Source of the DNA: Nemertoderma westbladi
Lineage: Eukaryota > Animalia > Xenacoelomorpha
Direction: 5' to 3'
Assembly: GCA_032718475.1 (NCBI GenBank)
Contig: JAUCBJ010005236.1
Span: forward strand, 1 to 60,935
DNA length: 60,935 nucleotides
Position numbers and translations under genes: made by a program. Positions 35,801 through 49,146 of the stretch are shown piece by piece. Each line of letters begins with the position of its first letter. The stretch's first letter is position 1. Under the pieces are notes generated by a model. That model saw only the letters and a list, made by a program, of their open reading frames with translations. It was not told the origin of the DNA and did no database searches.

Positions 35801-38800
35801 ATGAGTTTGAGAGTAAACAGTCCAACAGACAATCCCTTTGTAAATGAGTTTGAGAGTACACAGTCCAACAAACAATCCCTTTGTAAATGAGTTTGAGAGT
35901 AAACAGTCCAACAGACAATCCCTTGGTAAATGAGTTTGAGAGTAAACAGTCCAACAGACAATCCCTTGGTAAATGAGTTTGAGAGTAAACAGTCCAACAG
36001 ACAATCACTTGGTAAATGAGTTTGAGAGTAAACAGTCCAACAGACAATCCCTTCGTAAATGAGTTTGAGAGTAAACAGTCCAACAAACAATCCCTTTGTA
36101 AATGAGTTTGAGAGTAAACAGTCCAACAGACAATCTCTTGGTAAATGAGTTTGAGAGTAAACAGTCCAACAGACAATCCCTTTGTAAATGAGTTTGATAG
36201 TACACAGTCCAACAAACAATCCCTTTGTAAATGAGTTTGAGAGTAAACAGTCCAACAGACAATCTCTTGGTAAATGAGTTTGAGAGTAAACAGTCCAACA
36301 GACAATCCCTTTGTAAATGAGTTTGAGAGTACACAGTCCAACAAACAATCCCTTTGTAAATGAGTTTGAGAGTAAACAGTCCAACAGACAATCTCTTGGT
36401 AAATGAGTTTGAGAGAAAACAGTCCAACAGACAATCCCTTGGTAAATGAGTTTGAGAGCAAACAGTCCAACAGACAATCCCTTGGTAAATGAGTTTGAGG
36501 GTAAACAGTCCAACAGACAATCCCTTTGTAAATGAGTTTGAGAGAAAACAGTCCAACAGACAATCCCTTGGTAAATGAGTTTGAGAGTAAACAGTCCAAC
36601 AGACAATCCCTTGGTAAATGAGTTTGAGGGTAAACAGTCCAACAGACAATCCCTTTGTAAATGAGTTTGAGAGGAAACAGTCCAACAGACAATCCCTTGG
36701 TAAATGAGTTTTAGAGTAAACAGTCCAACAGACAATCCCTTGGTAAATGAGTTTGAGAGTAAACAGTCCAACAGACAATCCCTTGGTAAATGAGTTTGAG
36801 AGTACACAGTCCAACAGACAATCCCTTTGTAAATGAGTTTGAGAGTAAACAGTCCAACAGACAATCCCTTGGTAAATGAGTTTTAGAGTAAACAGTCCAA
36901 CAGACAATCCCTTGGTAAATGAGTTTTAGAGTAAACAGTCCAACAGACAATCCCTTGGTAACTGAGTTTTAGAGTAAACAGTCCAACAGACAATCCCTTG
37001 GTAAATGAGTTTTAGAGTAAACAGTCCAACAGACAATCCCTTGGTAAATGAGTTTTAGAGTAAACAGTCCAACAGACAATCCCTTGGTAAATGAGTTTGA
37101 GAGGAAACAGTCCAACAGACAATCCCTTGGTAAATGAGTTTTAGAGTAAACAGTCCAACAGACAATCCCTTGGTAAATGAGTTTGAGAGTAAACAGTCCA
37201 ACAGACAATCCCTTGGTAAATTAGTTTGAGAGGAAACAGTCCAACAGACAATCCCTTGGTAAATGAGTTTTAGAGTAAACAGTCCAACAGACAATCCCTT
37301 GGTAAATGAGTTTGAGAGTAAACAGTCCAACAGACAATCCCTTGGTAAATGAGTTTTAGAGTAAACAGTCCAACAGACAATCCCTTTGTAAATGAGTTTG
37401 AGAGTACACAGTCCAACAGACAATCCCTTGGTAAATGAGTTTGAGAGTAAACAGTCCAACAGACAATCCCTTTGTAAATGAGTTTGAGAGTACACAGTCC
37501 AACAGACAATCCCTTTGTAAATGAGTTTGAGAGTAAACAGTCCAACAGACAATCCCTTGGTAAATGAGTTTGAGAGTAAACAGTCCAACAGACAATCCCT
37601 TGGTAAATGAGTTTGAGAGTACATAGTCCAACAGACAATCCCTTGGTAAATGAGTTTGAGAGTAAACAGTCCAACAGACAATCCCTTGGTAAATGAGTTT
37701 GAGAGTAAACAGTCCAACAGACAATCCCTTTGTAAATGAGTTTGAGAGTAAACAGTCCAACAGACAATCTCTTGGTAAATGAGTTTGAGAGTAAACAGTC
37801 CAACAGACAATCCCTTTGTAAATGAGTTTGAGAGTACACAGTCCAACAGACAATCCCTTGGTAAATGAGTTTGAGAGTAAACAGTCCAACAGACAATCCC
37901 TTGGTAAATGAGTTTGAGAGTAAACAGTCCAACAGACAATCCCTTGGTAAATGAGTTTGAGAGTACACAGTCCAACAGACAATCCCTTGGTAAATGAGTT
38001 TGAGAGTAAACAGTCCAACAGACAATCCCTTTGTAAATGAGTTTGAGAGTACACAGTCCAACAGACAATCCCTTGGTAAATGAGTTTGAGAGTAAACAGT
38101 CCAACAGACAATCCCTTTGTAAATGAGTTTGAGAGTAAACAGTCCAACAGACAATCCCTTTGTAAATGAGTTTGAGAGTAAACAGTCCAACAGACAATCC
38201 CTTGGTAAATGAGTTTGAGAGTACACAGTCCAACAGACAATCCCTTGGTAAATGAGTTTGAGAGTAAACAGTCCAACAGACAATCCCTTTGTAAATGAGT
38301 TTGAGAGTAAACAGTCCAACAGACAATCCCTTGGTAAATGAGTTTGAGAACAAACAGTCCAACAGACAATCCCTTTGTAAATGAGTTTGAGAGTAAACAG
38401 TCCAACAGACAATCCCTTTGTAAATGAGTTTGAGAGTAAACAGTCCAACAGACAATCACTTGGTAAATGAGTTTGAGAGTACACAGTCCAACAGACAATC
38501 CCTTGGTAAATGAGTTTGAGAGTAAACAGTCCAACAGACAATCCCTTGGTAAATGAGTTTGAGAGTAAACAGTCCAACAGACAATCCCTTTGTAAATGAG
38601 TTTGAGAGTAAACAGTCCAACAGACAATCCCTTGGTAAATGAGTTTGAGAACAAACAGTCCAACAGACAATCCCTTTGTAAATGAGTTTGAGAGTAAACA
38701 GTCCAACAGACAATCCCTTTGTAAATGAGTTTGAGAGTAAACAGTCCAACAGACAATCACTTGGTAAATGAGTTTGAGAGTACACAGTCCAACAGACAAT

Positions 38801-41800
38801 CCCTTGGTAAATGAGTTTGAGAGTAAACAGTCCAACAGACAATCCCTTGGTAAATGAGTTTGAGAGTAAACAGTCCAACAGACAATCCCTTTGTAAATGA
38901 GTTTGAGAGTAAACAGTCCAACAGACAATCACTTGGTAAATGAGTTTGAGAGTACACAGTCCAACAGACAATCCCTTGGTAAATGAGTTTGAGAGTAAAC
39001 AGTCCAACAGACAATCCCTTTGTAAATGAGTTTGAGAGTACACAGTCCAACAAACAATCCCTTTGTAAATGAGTTTGAGAGTAAACAGTCCAACAGACAA
39101 TCCCTTGGTAAATGAGTTTGAGAGTAAACAGTCCAACAGACAATCCCTTGGTAAATGAGTTTGAGAGTAAACAGTCCAACAGACAATCCCTTGGTAAATG
39201 AGTTTGAGAGTAAACAGTCCAACAGACAATCCCTTGGTAAATGAGTTTGAGAGTAAACAGTCCAACAGACAATCCCTTCGTAAATGAGTTTGAGAGTAAA
39301 CAGTCCAACAGACAATCCCTTGGTAAATGAGTTTGAGAGTAAACAGTCCAACAGACAATCCCTTTGTAAATGAGTTTGAGAGTAAACAGTCCAACAGACA
39401 ATCCCTTGGTAAATGAGTTTGAGAGTACACAGTCCAACAGACAATCCCTTGGTAAATGAGTTTGAGAGTAAACAGTCCAACAGACAATCCCTTGGTAAAT
39501 GAGTTTGAGAGTACACAGTCCAACAGACAATCCCTTGGTAAATGAGTTTGAGAGTAAACAGTCCAACAGACAATCCCTTTGTAAATGAGTTTGAGAGTAA
39601 ACAGTCCAACAGACAATCCCTTGGTAAATGAGTTTGAGAGTAAACAGTCCAACAGACAATCCCTTTGTAAATGAGTTTGAGAGTAAACAGTCCAACAGAC
39701 AATCCCTTGGTAAATGAGTTTGAGAGTAAACAGTCCAACAGACAATCCCTTGGTAAATGAGTTTGAGAGTACACAGTCCAACAGACAATCCCTTTGTAAA
39801 TGAGTTTGAGAGTAAACAGTCCAACAGACAATCCCTTCGTAAATGAGTTTGAGAGTAAACAGTCCAACAGACAATCCCTTGGTAAATGAGTTTGAGAGTA
39901 AACAGTCCAACAGACAATCCCTTTGTAAATGAGTTTGAGAGTAAACAGTCCAACAGACAATCCCTTGGTAAATGAGTTTGAGAGTACACAGTCCAACAGA
40001 CAATCCCTTGGTAAATGAGTTTGAGAGTAAACAGTCCAACAGACAATCCCTTGGTAAATGAGTTTGAGAGTACACAGTCCAACAGACAATCCCGTGGTAA
40101 ATGAGTTTGAGAGTAAACAGTCCAACAGACAATCCCTTTGTAAATGAGTTTGAGAGTAAACAGTCCAACAGACAATCCCTTTGTAAATGAGTTTGAGAGT
40201 AAACAGTCCAACAGACAATCCCTTTGTAAATGAGTTTGAGAGTAAACAGTCCAACAGACAATCCCTTGGTAAATGAGTTTGAGAGTAAACAGTCCAACAG
40301 ACAATCCCTTGGTAAATGAGTTTGAGAGTAAACAGTCCAACAGACAATCCCTTGGCAAATGAGTTTGAGAGTAAACAGTCCAACAGACAATCCCTTGGTA
40401 AATGAGTTTGAGAGTAAACAGTCCAACAGACAATCCCTTGGTAAATGAGTTTGAGAGTAAACAGTCCAACAGACAATCCCTTCGTAAATGAGTTTGAGAG
40501 TAAACAGTCCAACAGACAATCCCTTGGTAAATGAGTTTGAGAGTAAACAGTCCAACAGACAATCCCTTTGTAAATGAGTTTGAGATTAAACAGTCCAACA
40601 GACAATCCCTTGGTAAATGAGTTTGAGAGTACACAGTCCAACAGACAATCCCTTGGTAAATGAGTTTGAGAGTAAACAGTCCAACAGACAATCCCTTTGT
40701 AAATGAGTTTGAGAGTACACAGTCCAACAAACAATCCCTTTGTAAATGAGTTTGAGAGTAAACAGTCCAACAGACAATCCCTTGGTAAATGAGTTTGAGA
40801 GTAAACAGTCCAACAGACAATCCCTTGGTAAATGAGTTTGAGAGTAAACAGTCCAACAGACAATCACTTGGTAAATGAGTTTGAGAGTAAACAGTCCAAC
40901 AGACAATCCCTTCGTAAATGAGTTTGAGAGTAAACAGTCCAACAGACAATCCCTTGGTAAATGAGTTTGAGAGTACACAGTCCAACAGACAATCCCTTGG
41001 TAAATGAGTTTGAGAGTAAACAGTCCAACAGACAATCCCTTGGTAAATGAGTTTGAGAGTAAACAGTCCAGCAGACAATCCCTTGGTAAATGAGTTTGAG
41101 AGTACACACTCCAACAGACAATCCCTTGGTAAATGAGTTTGAGAGTAAACAGTCCAACAGACAATCCCTTTGTAAATGAGTTTGAGAGTAAACAGTCCAA
41201 CAGACAATCTCTTGGTAAATGAGTTTGAGAGTAAACAGTCCAACAGACAATCCCTTTGTAAATGAGTTTGAGAGTACACAGTCCAACAAACAATCCATTG
41301 GTAAATGAGTTTGAGAGTAAACAGTCCAACAGACAATCCCTTGGTAAATGAGTTTGAGAGTAAACAGTCCAACAGACAATCCCTTTGTAAATGAGTTTGA
41401 GAGTACACAGTCCAACAGACAATCCCTTGGTAAATGAGTTTGAGAGTACACAGTCCAACAGACAATCCCTTGGTAAATGAGTTTGAGAGTAAACAGTCCA
41501 ACAGACAATCCCTTGGTAAATGAGTTTGAGAGTAAATAGTCCAACAGACAATCCCTTGGTAAATGAGTTTGAGAGTAAACAGTCCAACAGACAATCCCTT
41601 TGTAAATGAGTTTGAGAGTAAACAGTCCAACAGACAATCCCTTGGTAAATGAGTTTTAGAGTAAACAGTCCAACAGACAATCCCTTTGTAAATGAGTTTG
41701 AGAGTAAACAGTCCAACAGACAATCCCTTTGTAAATGAGTTTGAGAGTACACAGTCCAACAGACAATCTCTTGGTAAATGAGTTTGAGAGTACACAGTCC

Positions 41801-43165
41801 AACAGACAATCCCTTGGTAAATGAGTTTGAGAGTAAACAGTCCAACAGACAATCCCTTGGTAAATGAGTTTGAGAGTAAATAGTCCAACAGACAATCCCT
41901 TGGTAAATGAGTTTGAGAGTAAACAGTCCAACAGACAATCCCTTTGTAAATGAGTTTGAGAGTAAACAGTCCAACAGACAATCCCTTGGTAAATGAGTTT
42001 TAGAGTAAACAGTCCAACAGACAATCCCTTTGTAAATGAGTTTGAGAGTAAACAGTCCAACAGACAATCCCTTGGTAAATGAGTTTGAGAGTAAACAGTC
42101 CAACAGACAATCCCTTGGTAAATGAGTTTGAGAGTAAACAGTCCAACAGACAATCCCTTTGTAAATGAGTTTTAGAGTAAACAGTCCAACAGACAATCCC
42201 TTGGTAAATGAGTTTGAGAGTAAACAGTCCAACAGACAATCCCTTGGTAAATGAGTTTGAGAGTACACAGTCCAACAGACAATCCCTTGGTAAATGAGTT
42301 TGAGAGTACACAGTCCAACAGACAATCCCTTGGTAAATGAGTTTGAGAGTAAACAGTCCAACAGACAATCCCTTTGTAAATGAGTTTGAGAGTAAACAGT
42401 CCAACAGACAATCCCTTTGTAAATGAGTTTGAGAGTAAACAGTCCAACAGACAATCCCTTGGTAAATGAGTTTGAGAATAAACAGTCCAACAGACAATCC
42501 CTTGGTAAATGAGTTTGAGAGTAAACAGTCCAACAGACAATCCCTTGGTAAATGAGTTTGAGGGTAAACAGTCCAACAGACAACCCCTTTGTAAATGAGT
42601 TTGAGAGTAAACAGTCCAACAGACAATCCCTTGGTAAATGAGTTTTAGAGTAAACAGTCCAACAGACAATCCCTTGGTAAATGAGTTTGAGAGTAAACAG
42701 TCCAACAGACAATCCCTTGGTAAATGAGTTTGAGAGTACACAGTCCAACAGACAATCCCTTGGTAAATGAGTTTGAGAGTAAACAGTCCAACAGACAATC
42801 CCTTTGTAAATGAGTTTGAGAGTACACAGTCCAACAGACAATCCCTTGGTAAATGAGTTTGAGAGTAAACAGTCCAACAGACAATCCCTTTGTAAATGAG
42901 TTTGAGAGTAAACAGTCCAACAGACAATCCTTTTGTAAATGAGTTTGAGAGTAAACAGTCCAACAGACAATCCCTTGGTAAATGAGTTTGAGAGTACACA
43001 GTCCAACAGACAATCCCTTGGTAAATGAGTTTGAGAGTAAACAGTCCAACAGACAATCCCTTGGTAAATGATTTTGAGAGTACACAGTCCAACAGACAAT
43101 CCCTTTGTAAATGAGTTTGAGAGTAAACAGTCCAACAGACAATCCCTTGGTAAATGAGTTTGAGA
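29826..43165. repeat. Satellite, 43-bp unit GAGTTTGAGAGTAAACAGTCCAACAGACAATCCCTTGGTAAAT, about 310 copies
   Basis: Uninterrupted periodicity over 13.3 kb with substitution-only variants (TTGG/TTTG, AAAC/ACAC and others). It explains all long minus-strand ORFs in this interval. Confidence 0.99.
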
Positions 43166-43532
43166 ACATCTCACCAAACAGAAAAAAAGTCATCTTTGTG
43201 ATCAGCATTTCTTCGAAATAGTTTCTTTAGAATTTTTCCTCGGATTTCGGCTTCGTAAAATTATTTCTTTACTTTTCCTCGAAAATGCGGATTAAAAATT
43301 CAAAAATAAGTATTATTTTTGTAAAACCTATAGTAAACCAATTTTGAAACTAATAATAAAAGAATGTGACATCATTAGCAACTGGTTGATAACGATATTG
43401 TTATTCTACCCTCCAAAACATATGGGTTTGTTTTGTTTATATCGTTAGATTTAGTTAGAATTACAATAGCACATAATTAGGAGACTACCCGTAACGCTAT
43501 TCATAAAACTCCACCAACTGACAGAGAGGCAG

Positions 43533-43540
43533 TGACGTCA
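43533..43540. promoter_or_regulatory. Palindromic CRE (TGACGTCA) upstream of a putative donor at 43174
   Basis: Motif match only. Confidence 0.2.
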
Positions 43541-44569
43541 TATCTTGAGATATTTAAGTTTCCTGTCTTTCACCATTATATCCAACCGATATATATATAA
43601 AATAGTGCGGTGGAAGTCCCAGTATATTCCTGCAGCGAACTTTAGGTCAACAAACTATCAGTATCAATAAGGTCCATTCGCAATGTAGTGATAAGGAAGG
43701 TAATTGATGATTAATATGTAACATTACTGTGTTAAAATTTGTGAAAAGCGATATGTACTGTGATTTATATTGGATAGTTAAGTTAATGTCAATATTCACA
43801 ATGTATCAAGTAAATGATGAGATGAGATGGCTGTTTTGTCAGCGATAAGAACTTGGAAAATTGTTGATACTGTTTACATAAATTGTTTATATTATTAAAC
43901 ATTCATCAACCTGTCGCAAGACTATTTATTTATTTACTTATAAAACATAAAATTAACAAAACCTTATCTTACCTTATCACTTGATTGTGAATGGTATGTC
44001 GCACCATTTCTAATGCGGATCTTACCTCAGATCAACCATCTACACGTCTGGTTAATTATATTCATTTTCCATATGGCTCGCCATATGTTGTTTAAACCAT
44101 ATTAAACCATATGTTGTGGTTTTGTTTTATAGCGAGAGGTCATGGTGACCCAAAATCCATGCGCCCTGTTCCCAGTGTTTTCAGATTGGACTCCAGGACA
44201 AGTAATGGTGGTGCCATTTTCCATTAATTTGTCTCGTGGGCATACCTTCTTAATCTCTTGATGGATTATTCTTTTGATTTAATTTAGTAACTAAATAACG
44301 ATCATCCCTAGTTTGTAAGTAGCTGAAATTCGAAAGAAAAGTTACGTGATGATAAATGCCGCGAGGTTCATTAACCGAAGTTAATCTTTACTGGGTACCG
44401 GGTTAATGACACATCAATAATATTATAGCACACACAAGAAATAAATCTTACTTCAAAGGGCAATAATAATGCTCACACCCGTGAATGAAGTAAAATATAT
44501 TATATGCTAATCAAAAAATTCACTCGATTAAATTGAAAAATTATTTATAATTATTATTGTGAGCTCCAA

Positions 44570-44790
44570 ATCACTCTTGACCAACATAATGAAGATAGGG
44601 TGAAAATACAACACTCCAAGGGTTGTAGAGGTTGAGTTAAACCATTTATAAAATGGATGAACCTTGACTTTGTTGATGATCTGGGTTTAATGTAATAAAC
44701 ATTGCATGGTGCTCAAAGACTACAGCACAGCACTCTAGAACAGGCAACATCCAATGTTGCCCTGGTTTTGATTGCTACAAATTAAAAATT
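44570..44790 (+). mobile_element. Old RTE RT remnant related to the 11213-12645 element
   Basis: Translates with stops and frameshifts as LDFVDDLGLM* *TLHGAQRL...LEQATSNVAL, compared with LDFADDLGVLSESLEGAQRLLSSLEHAASSVGL. Confidence 0.7.
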
Positions 44791-45156
44791 CCCGCTTGGA
44801 TTGACAACAAATTGGTAATATACTATTATGAAATGATACTAATTAATTCTCAATAATATGGGCATCTCTCAGAATCACACATGAGAAGGTCCGTCAAAGC
44901 CCATGCTACAGTAGCTACTGAGCACACCTCCTTGGCATCACCTGCTGAGGGCGCAGAAGGCAACCACTTCCTCCTCGGTGGTATGTGTGTGTAAATGTAC
45001 AGATTAGATTTGTATATTATTCAAATTAATTGATATTATAGTAATAATTTCACCATACCGTTATTGAACGAAAGTTATTAAGTAGGTAATTCCATATATT
45101 ATAGGTAAAAATTCCAACAAACTACGGTCGGATAAGGCGGATAAAATTCCATTTAA

Positions 45157-45880
45157 GGGGGGGGGGGGGGGGGGGGGGGGTACACCATTTTCGGACAACT
45201 CTTAGATTTATCACTCTCAGCGTTTCAAAAATGTTTGGTTTTGGCTAAAATTTGGCATATAGGTGCCTAAGATGCTATTCTACTTGACAGGTCAGAAATT
45301 TTTTTTTTTCGCTATTTAATATTAGTTAATACTAGTTAACAATAAAAAAAACTTAGTTGCGCTTAAAACCCTAAGGCTCTTACAGTTTTCAACCAAATGA
45401 CATGAAAGTTTTTTTATATGATAGATCAAAGATGGGGCAACATAACTATCAGGCGAAATTTTGTTAAAATAATTCTGCACCGCTAGGTGGCGCTGCAAAT
45501 TTATGCTAATTTTTAGGTTTTTTATAAATAGTATTAAATTTTATTAACAAAAAATTTCGAAAAGTTGTCTGATGCTTTTATGCAGGGTGGCTATCTAGAC
45601 ACCCACAGGAAGTTTCAGACAAATTACTCAAAAATTGTAGAAGTAGTAGGGTTTTGAAGTTGACAATTTCATGAAAAAAATATTTGGAGATAATCGACCT
45701 TTCATTATACATAGTAATAGTAATTTCAATAGGATTCCCTAAATGGAAATTGACATAACTTGAAAACTAAAAGAGCTATTAAATAGCGGTTTTCAGATTT
45801 GGAAACACCATTCAATGGTGCATTATAATAGACCATAAAAAAATTTCGACATATTTTGGACCAAAATGGTGTACCCCCCC
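45157..45880. mobile_element. Kolobok-like non-autonomous element with TTAA TSD
   Basis: TTAA|G(n)TACACCATTTT ... AAAATGGTGTACCCCCCC|TTAA (TTAA at 45153-45156 and 45881-45884). Confidence 0.82.
45477..45495 (+). promoter_or_regulatory. CTCF-consensus motif carried inside the Kolobok-like element
   Basis: GCACCGCTAGGTGGCGCTG closely matches the CTCF core consensus and is a GC-rich island in AT-rich DNA. Confidence 0.45.
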
Positions 45881-46072
45881 TTAATTAAAATTAAGTAAGC
45901 ACGATAGGATTTAGTCCATAAAATTCGGTTATGACACAGTTTAAAATGCATGGGGCCGAGTAGGACCCTATTAAAATACATTATTAATAAAATGAGACAA
46001 CACAATAAAATTTGTTCAGAACACAGGAGAGCACAGTATTAGTATAAATTGCGGAGTATGGTTAATGTTATG

Positions 46073-48110
46073 TTATGTTATAGTGTGTCTAGTCCGGTCG
46101 CAAGGAGATGTTGTAGTACTGTAATCTAGCAGTAGATTTTCCTTTATTGTAAATGTGACTCCGTTCATAGCGAAAAGCTTCGAAATAAAGTTACTGTCCA
46201 TGATGGCCTTCATGGATGGCACGGGAGGATTGACCCGTCCAAGTAATTTCTCCCGGTCATATCTACAAAAAATCATAGATCGCAGCATTGGCAGACTGTG
46301 TCGCTTTCTGGCGGTTTGATAGACGCTACCCAACCCGATATAGGATGAATATGATTCACCAGTCAGTGACGAGTTGGTTAGCAGTGCGGAGTTGAGAGAT
46401 GTACCCAGGTGTGGGTTTGGGCAGGCAGCAGCGCGAATAATTTTTCTTACAGCATCTCGAGAGGCTTCCATTGATATTGGTCTAATCTGGGCAACGTTAT
46501 AAAGTGTTTCGTTCGATACATAATTCCCGACATTTAACAGCGACCTCAGTTGTTTCCTATAGTGTGCGTCAATCCGGTCAAGATTGGTGACAGAGAGTGC
46601 TCCAAAGATATATTGAGTACGGTATAATATTGCTGGGACAGCGGCTGTTCTCCATAGCAAGGATACACCATGGTTAACACGTGGCTTCTTGGTTTGGATA
46701 CAATGCTATTTTACAACTGAGACATCGTATTGGCAAAACCGGCAGTCACTGCGGATGAGACATATCCAAACATGTGAAACCTGCTCAACGATACTGATCA
46801 TGATAGAGCGGATGAATTACCGGGGACGGATCTAGGACACTTCCCCCCCCGGACACTTCCCCCCCCCCGGACACTCCCCCCCCCCCCCCGCCCAAGTAGG
46901 AGACTTCCCCCTCCGGACAATCTGGGTGCATCAAAGCAATAAACAAAAGTTAAAGATGGTTACGGGACAAGTTGTATCTAGAGATGTTTTTTCAAAATTA
47001 TAAAAGAAACATTTTTATAGTCAAATTTTGTTTGTTTTTCTTTTAATTGGGGGCTGCCGCCCCCAAACCCCTGCTTATTTTCTTGGGGGCTGCCGCCCCC
47101 AAACCCCTGCTTCTTATCTTGGGGGCTACCGCCCCCAAACCCCCGCATCTTTTCTTGGGGGCTGCCGCCCCCAAGCCCGGCATTCCCTGAGTGCCCGTGG
47201 TGAAAGACTTAAGACCATTTTGAAATAATTAATTAATGTTTGTATCATCAGATAATAAATTGACTAAGCCTAAAGTAGGAGCTGTGTTGAATGTTAACCA
47301 AATTAATATATAAATTAGTACAATATTATATAATTCAACAAATTCCTATTAAAAATATTGCAAGTAACCAGGAAATTTAATATGCAGTGTGTATAATATC
47401 TATAAATGTCCCTGGAGAGGTATAATTTTGATTGCAACAATAATATTCATCCCCATCTGCTACAATTTGAAGAAGACTATTACATAATAATACCTATAAT
47501 TAAAACAATTAATTATTATCATTCTATAGTTAATGAAAACAGTATATCATTCGGGGGATGGAATTTATAGGTCATCTAATTAATGGTTTAAAGCTTAGCA
47601 AACAATACGATGTAATTGCATTGATAAAACCCATAAATAAAACTTGGATATAAAATGTAAAATCGGGATGCAAAAGATCACTTTCTGAGCTACGAAAGGA
47701 AAATTGGATGCAACTTGTCTGGATACAAGCGGTCCGTTTACCTTACAAAATGAAAAATAAGAATGTGCGAAGTTAAGAACAGTCGGGGCGGAAGTGTCCG
47801 GGGGGAAGTGTCTGGGGGGGAAGTGTCCGGGGGGGAAGTGTCCTACTTGAGCGGGGGGGAACTGTCCGGGGGGGAAGTGTCCGGGGGGGGGAGTGTCCGA
47901 ACACCATCGGGGACTTAAGTGTTAGCTAACTGTTGTGTTGCAAGACGACCGTCCAGAAATGAGCCCATAGATGTATAGGCTGATGGATGTATGTTATCAT
48001 TTGGTTGAACTGTTTCAATCACTCACTCCATTCTTCAGTAGCGCCACGGTTCTCAAAGTATCCGTAAACGTGCAGTTTACTGCTCAGGTAACGGTGGGTA
48101 TGACCATCGG
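46073..48110 (-). mobile_element. Degenerate LINE (RTE-like) C-terminal fragment split by a MULE-type MITE
   Basis: ORF 46073-46660 contains LWRTAAVPAILY...DRIDAHYRKQLRSLLNV...VSNETLYN, parallel to LFRAAVVPVLLY...DGTFTRMLRR...ISNQTLYN of the RTE copy. Continuation beyond 47914 is inferred, not well translated. Confidence 0.65.
46828..47905. mobile_element. MULE-type MITE with GGACACTTCCCCCCC subterminal repeats and 9-bp TSD
   Basis: Termini GGATCTAGGACAC and (rc) GGTGTTCGGACAC. TSD ACCGGGGAC (46819-46827) versus ATCGGGGAC (47906-47914). An internal 36-bp repeat occurs 4 times at about 47048-47178. Confidence 0.82.
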
Positions 48111-49049
48111 GTTGGATATATAAAATGGGGTGGGTTTATATAAAATAATATGTTTTTACGAAACCAATCAAATTTCGTGATTTATTATTTTTGGTTTGGG
48201 TGAATGAGTTGTATAATATCTGATTATTATAATGATCTATATATATAATATCTGATTATTCAATATAACCTCTGAGTCGTAGGACAAATTAGCAGCTAAC
48301 TTCCTGCGTCCAATCGATCCCACCCCTGTTTGGACACCGATAGTAACCTGGTGTTTGCACTATTGCCAAGTTTCCAATAGCATGAAGACGCACCAAGTTA
48401 ATTACGACTTTTCACCACTATTTTTTTCTGTTAAGTATTTTAGCATAAGAAACGACTAAAATGCTATATTTTTTGCTCTACATTTTGGTTACAATTATTT
48501 TGGATTGCATTTATTTTGTACTATTTTTCGAGGCTATATTTTGGATCCTAACGGACCCAAAGCACCCCTCACCCGGTTTCTCTTTTTCCCTCTTCCCAGG
48601 GGGTTTTCTAAGGTGTTACGTACGTACCGTACACTATTAGTATTCCATTTTAATAACATTTGGAAAATAGAAATCACTGTGTTTTAATACTATCTTGAAA
48701 GGGTTGTGGAAGTCAGTAAATAACAAGTCGTTGAAGGACCGTGTCTTATGCGAGCTATTTTCAAGTCAATCTTCTCGACCGATAAACCAAAACAGTGTGT
48801 TCCAAGTGTATTAGCACTTGGAAATATTTTGAGATACTTTTAAAAGCCGTTTAGGAGCTTATCGTGTAGAAGGCACGAGCAATCACAGTAAGACTTCAAT
48901 CACGGAGCACATATCAATTCTACTCTAAATTCATTAAGCATGTACTGCTGAGGAATTTGTGTAGTTTAGCATTCGCATGAGGTCCATAAATTCGTGGCAT
49001 GTGTTGCAGACGTATGTATGTTTATATAGAATGAATTAAAGATACTCAC

Positions 49050-49146
49050 GATAAGTTTCTATAACATGAGTCCAGCAGATTAGAGTCGCCTGAATTCTTC
49101 TGTTGTGGTTGGCAAGAAAACTGCCGCTTCATTTTGATAAGTCGAA
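49050..49146 (-). CDS. Candidate alternative first coding exon (isoform B): MKRQFSCQPQQKNSGDSNLLDSCYRNL-S
   Basis: Strong acceptor (tttttcaattttttAG) and donor GTGAGT, with an ATG at 49132 in AAAATG context. It ends in phase 2, compatible with the 16135 exon. No homology support. Confidence 0.5.

Noticed and set aside
29798-43208. Dozens of long minus-strand ORFs (up to 1154 aa) made of a 43-residue Cys/Leu-rich repeat
   Set aside because: A 43-nt unit with no stop on one strand gives the same peptide in all three frames. Variants introduce stops freely, so these are satellite artefacts.
43175-43290. Coding exon upstream of the 43174 donor-like site
   Set aside because: The phase-2 frame has an upstream stop and would create TGA on joining the 16135 exon, and the ATG frame is phase 1. 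At most a non-coding exon.
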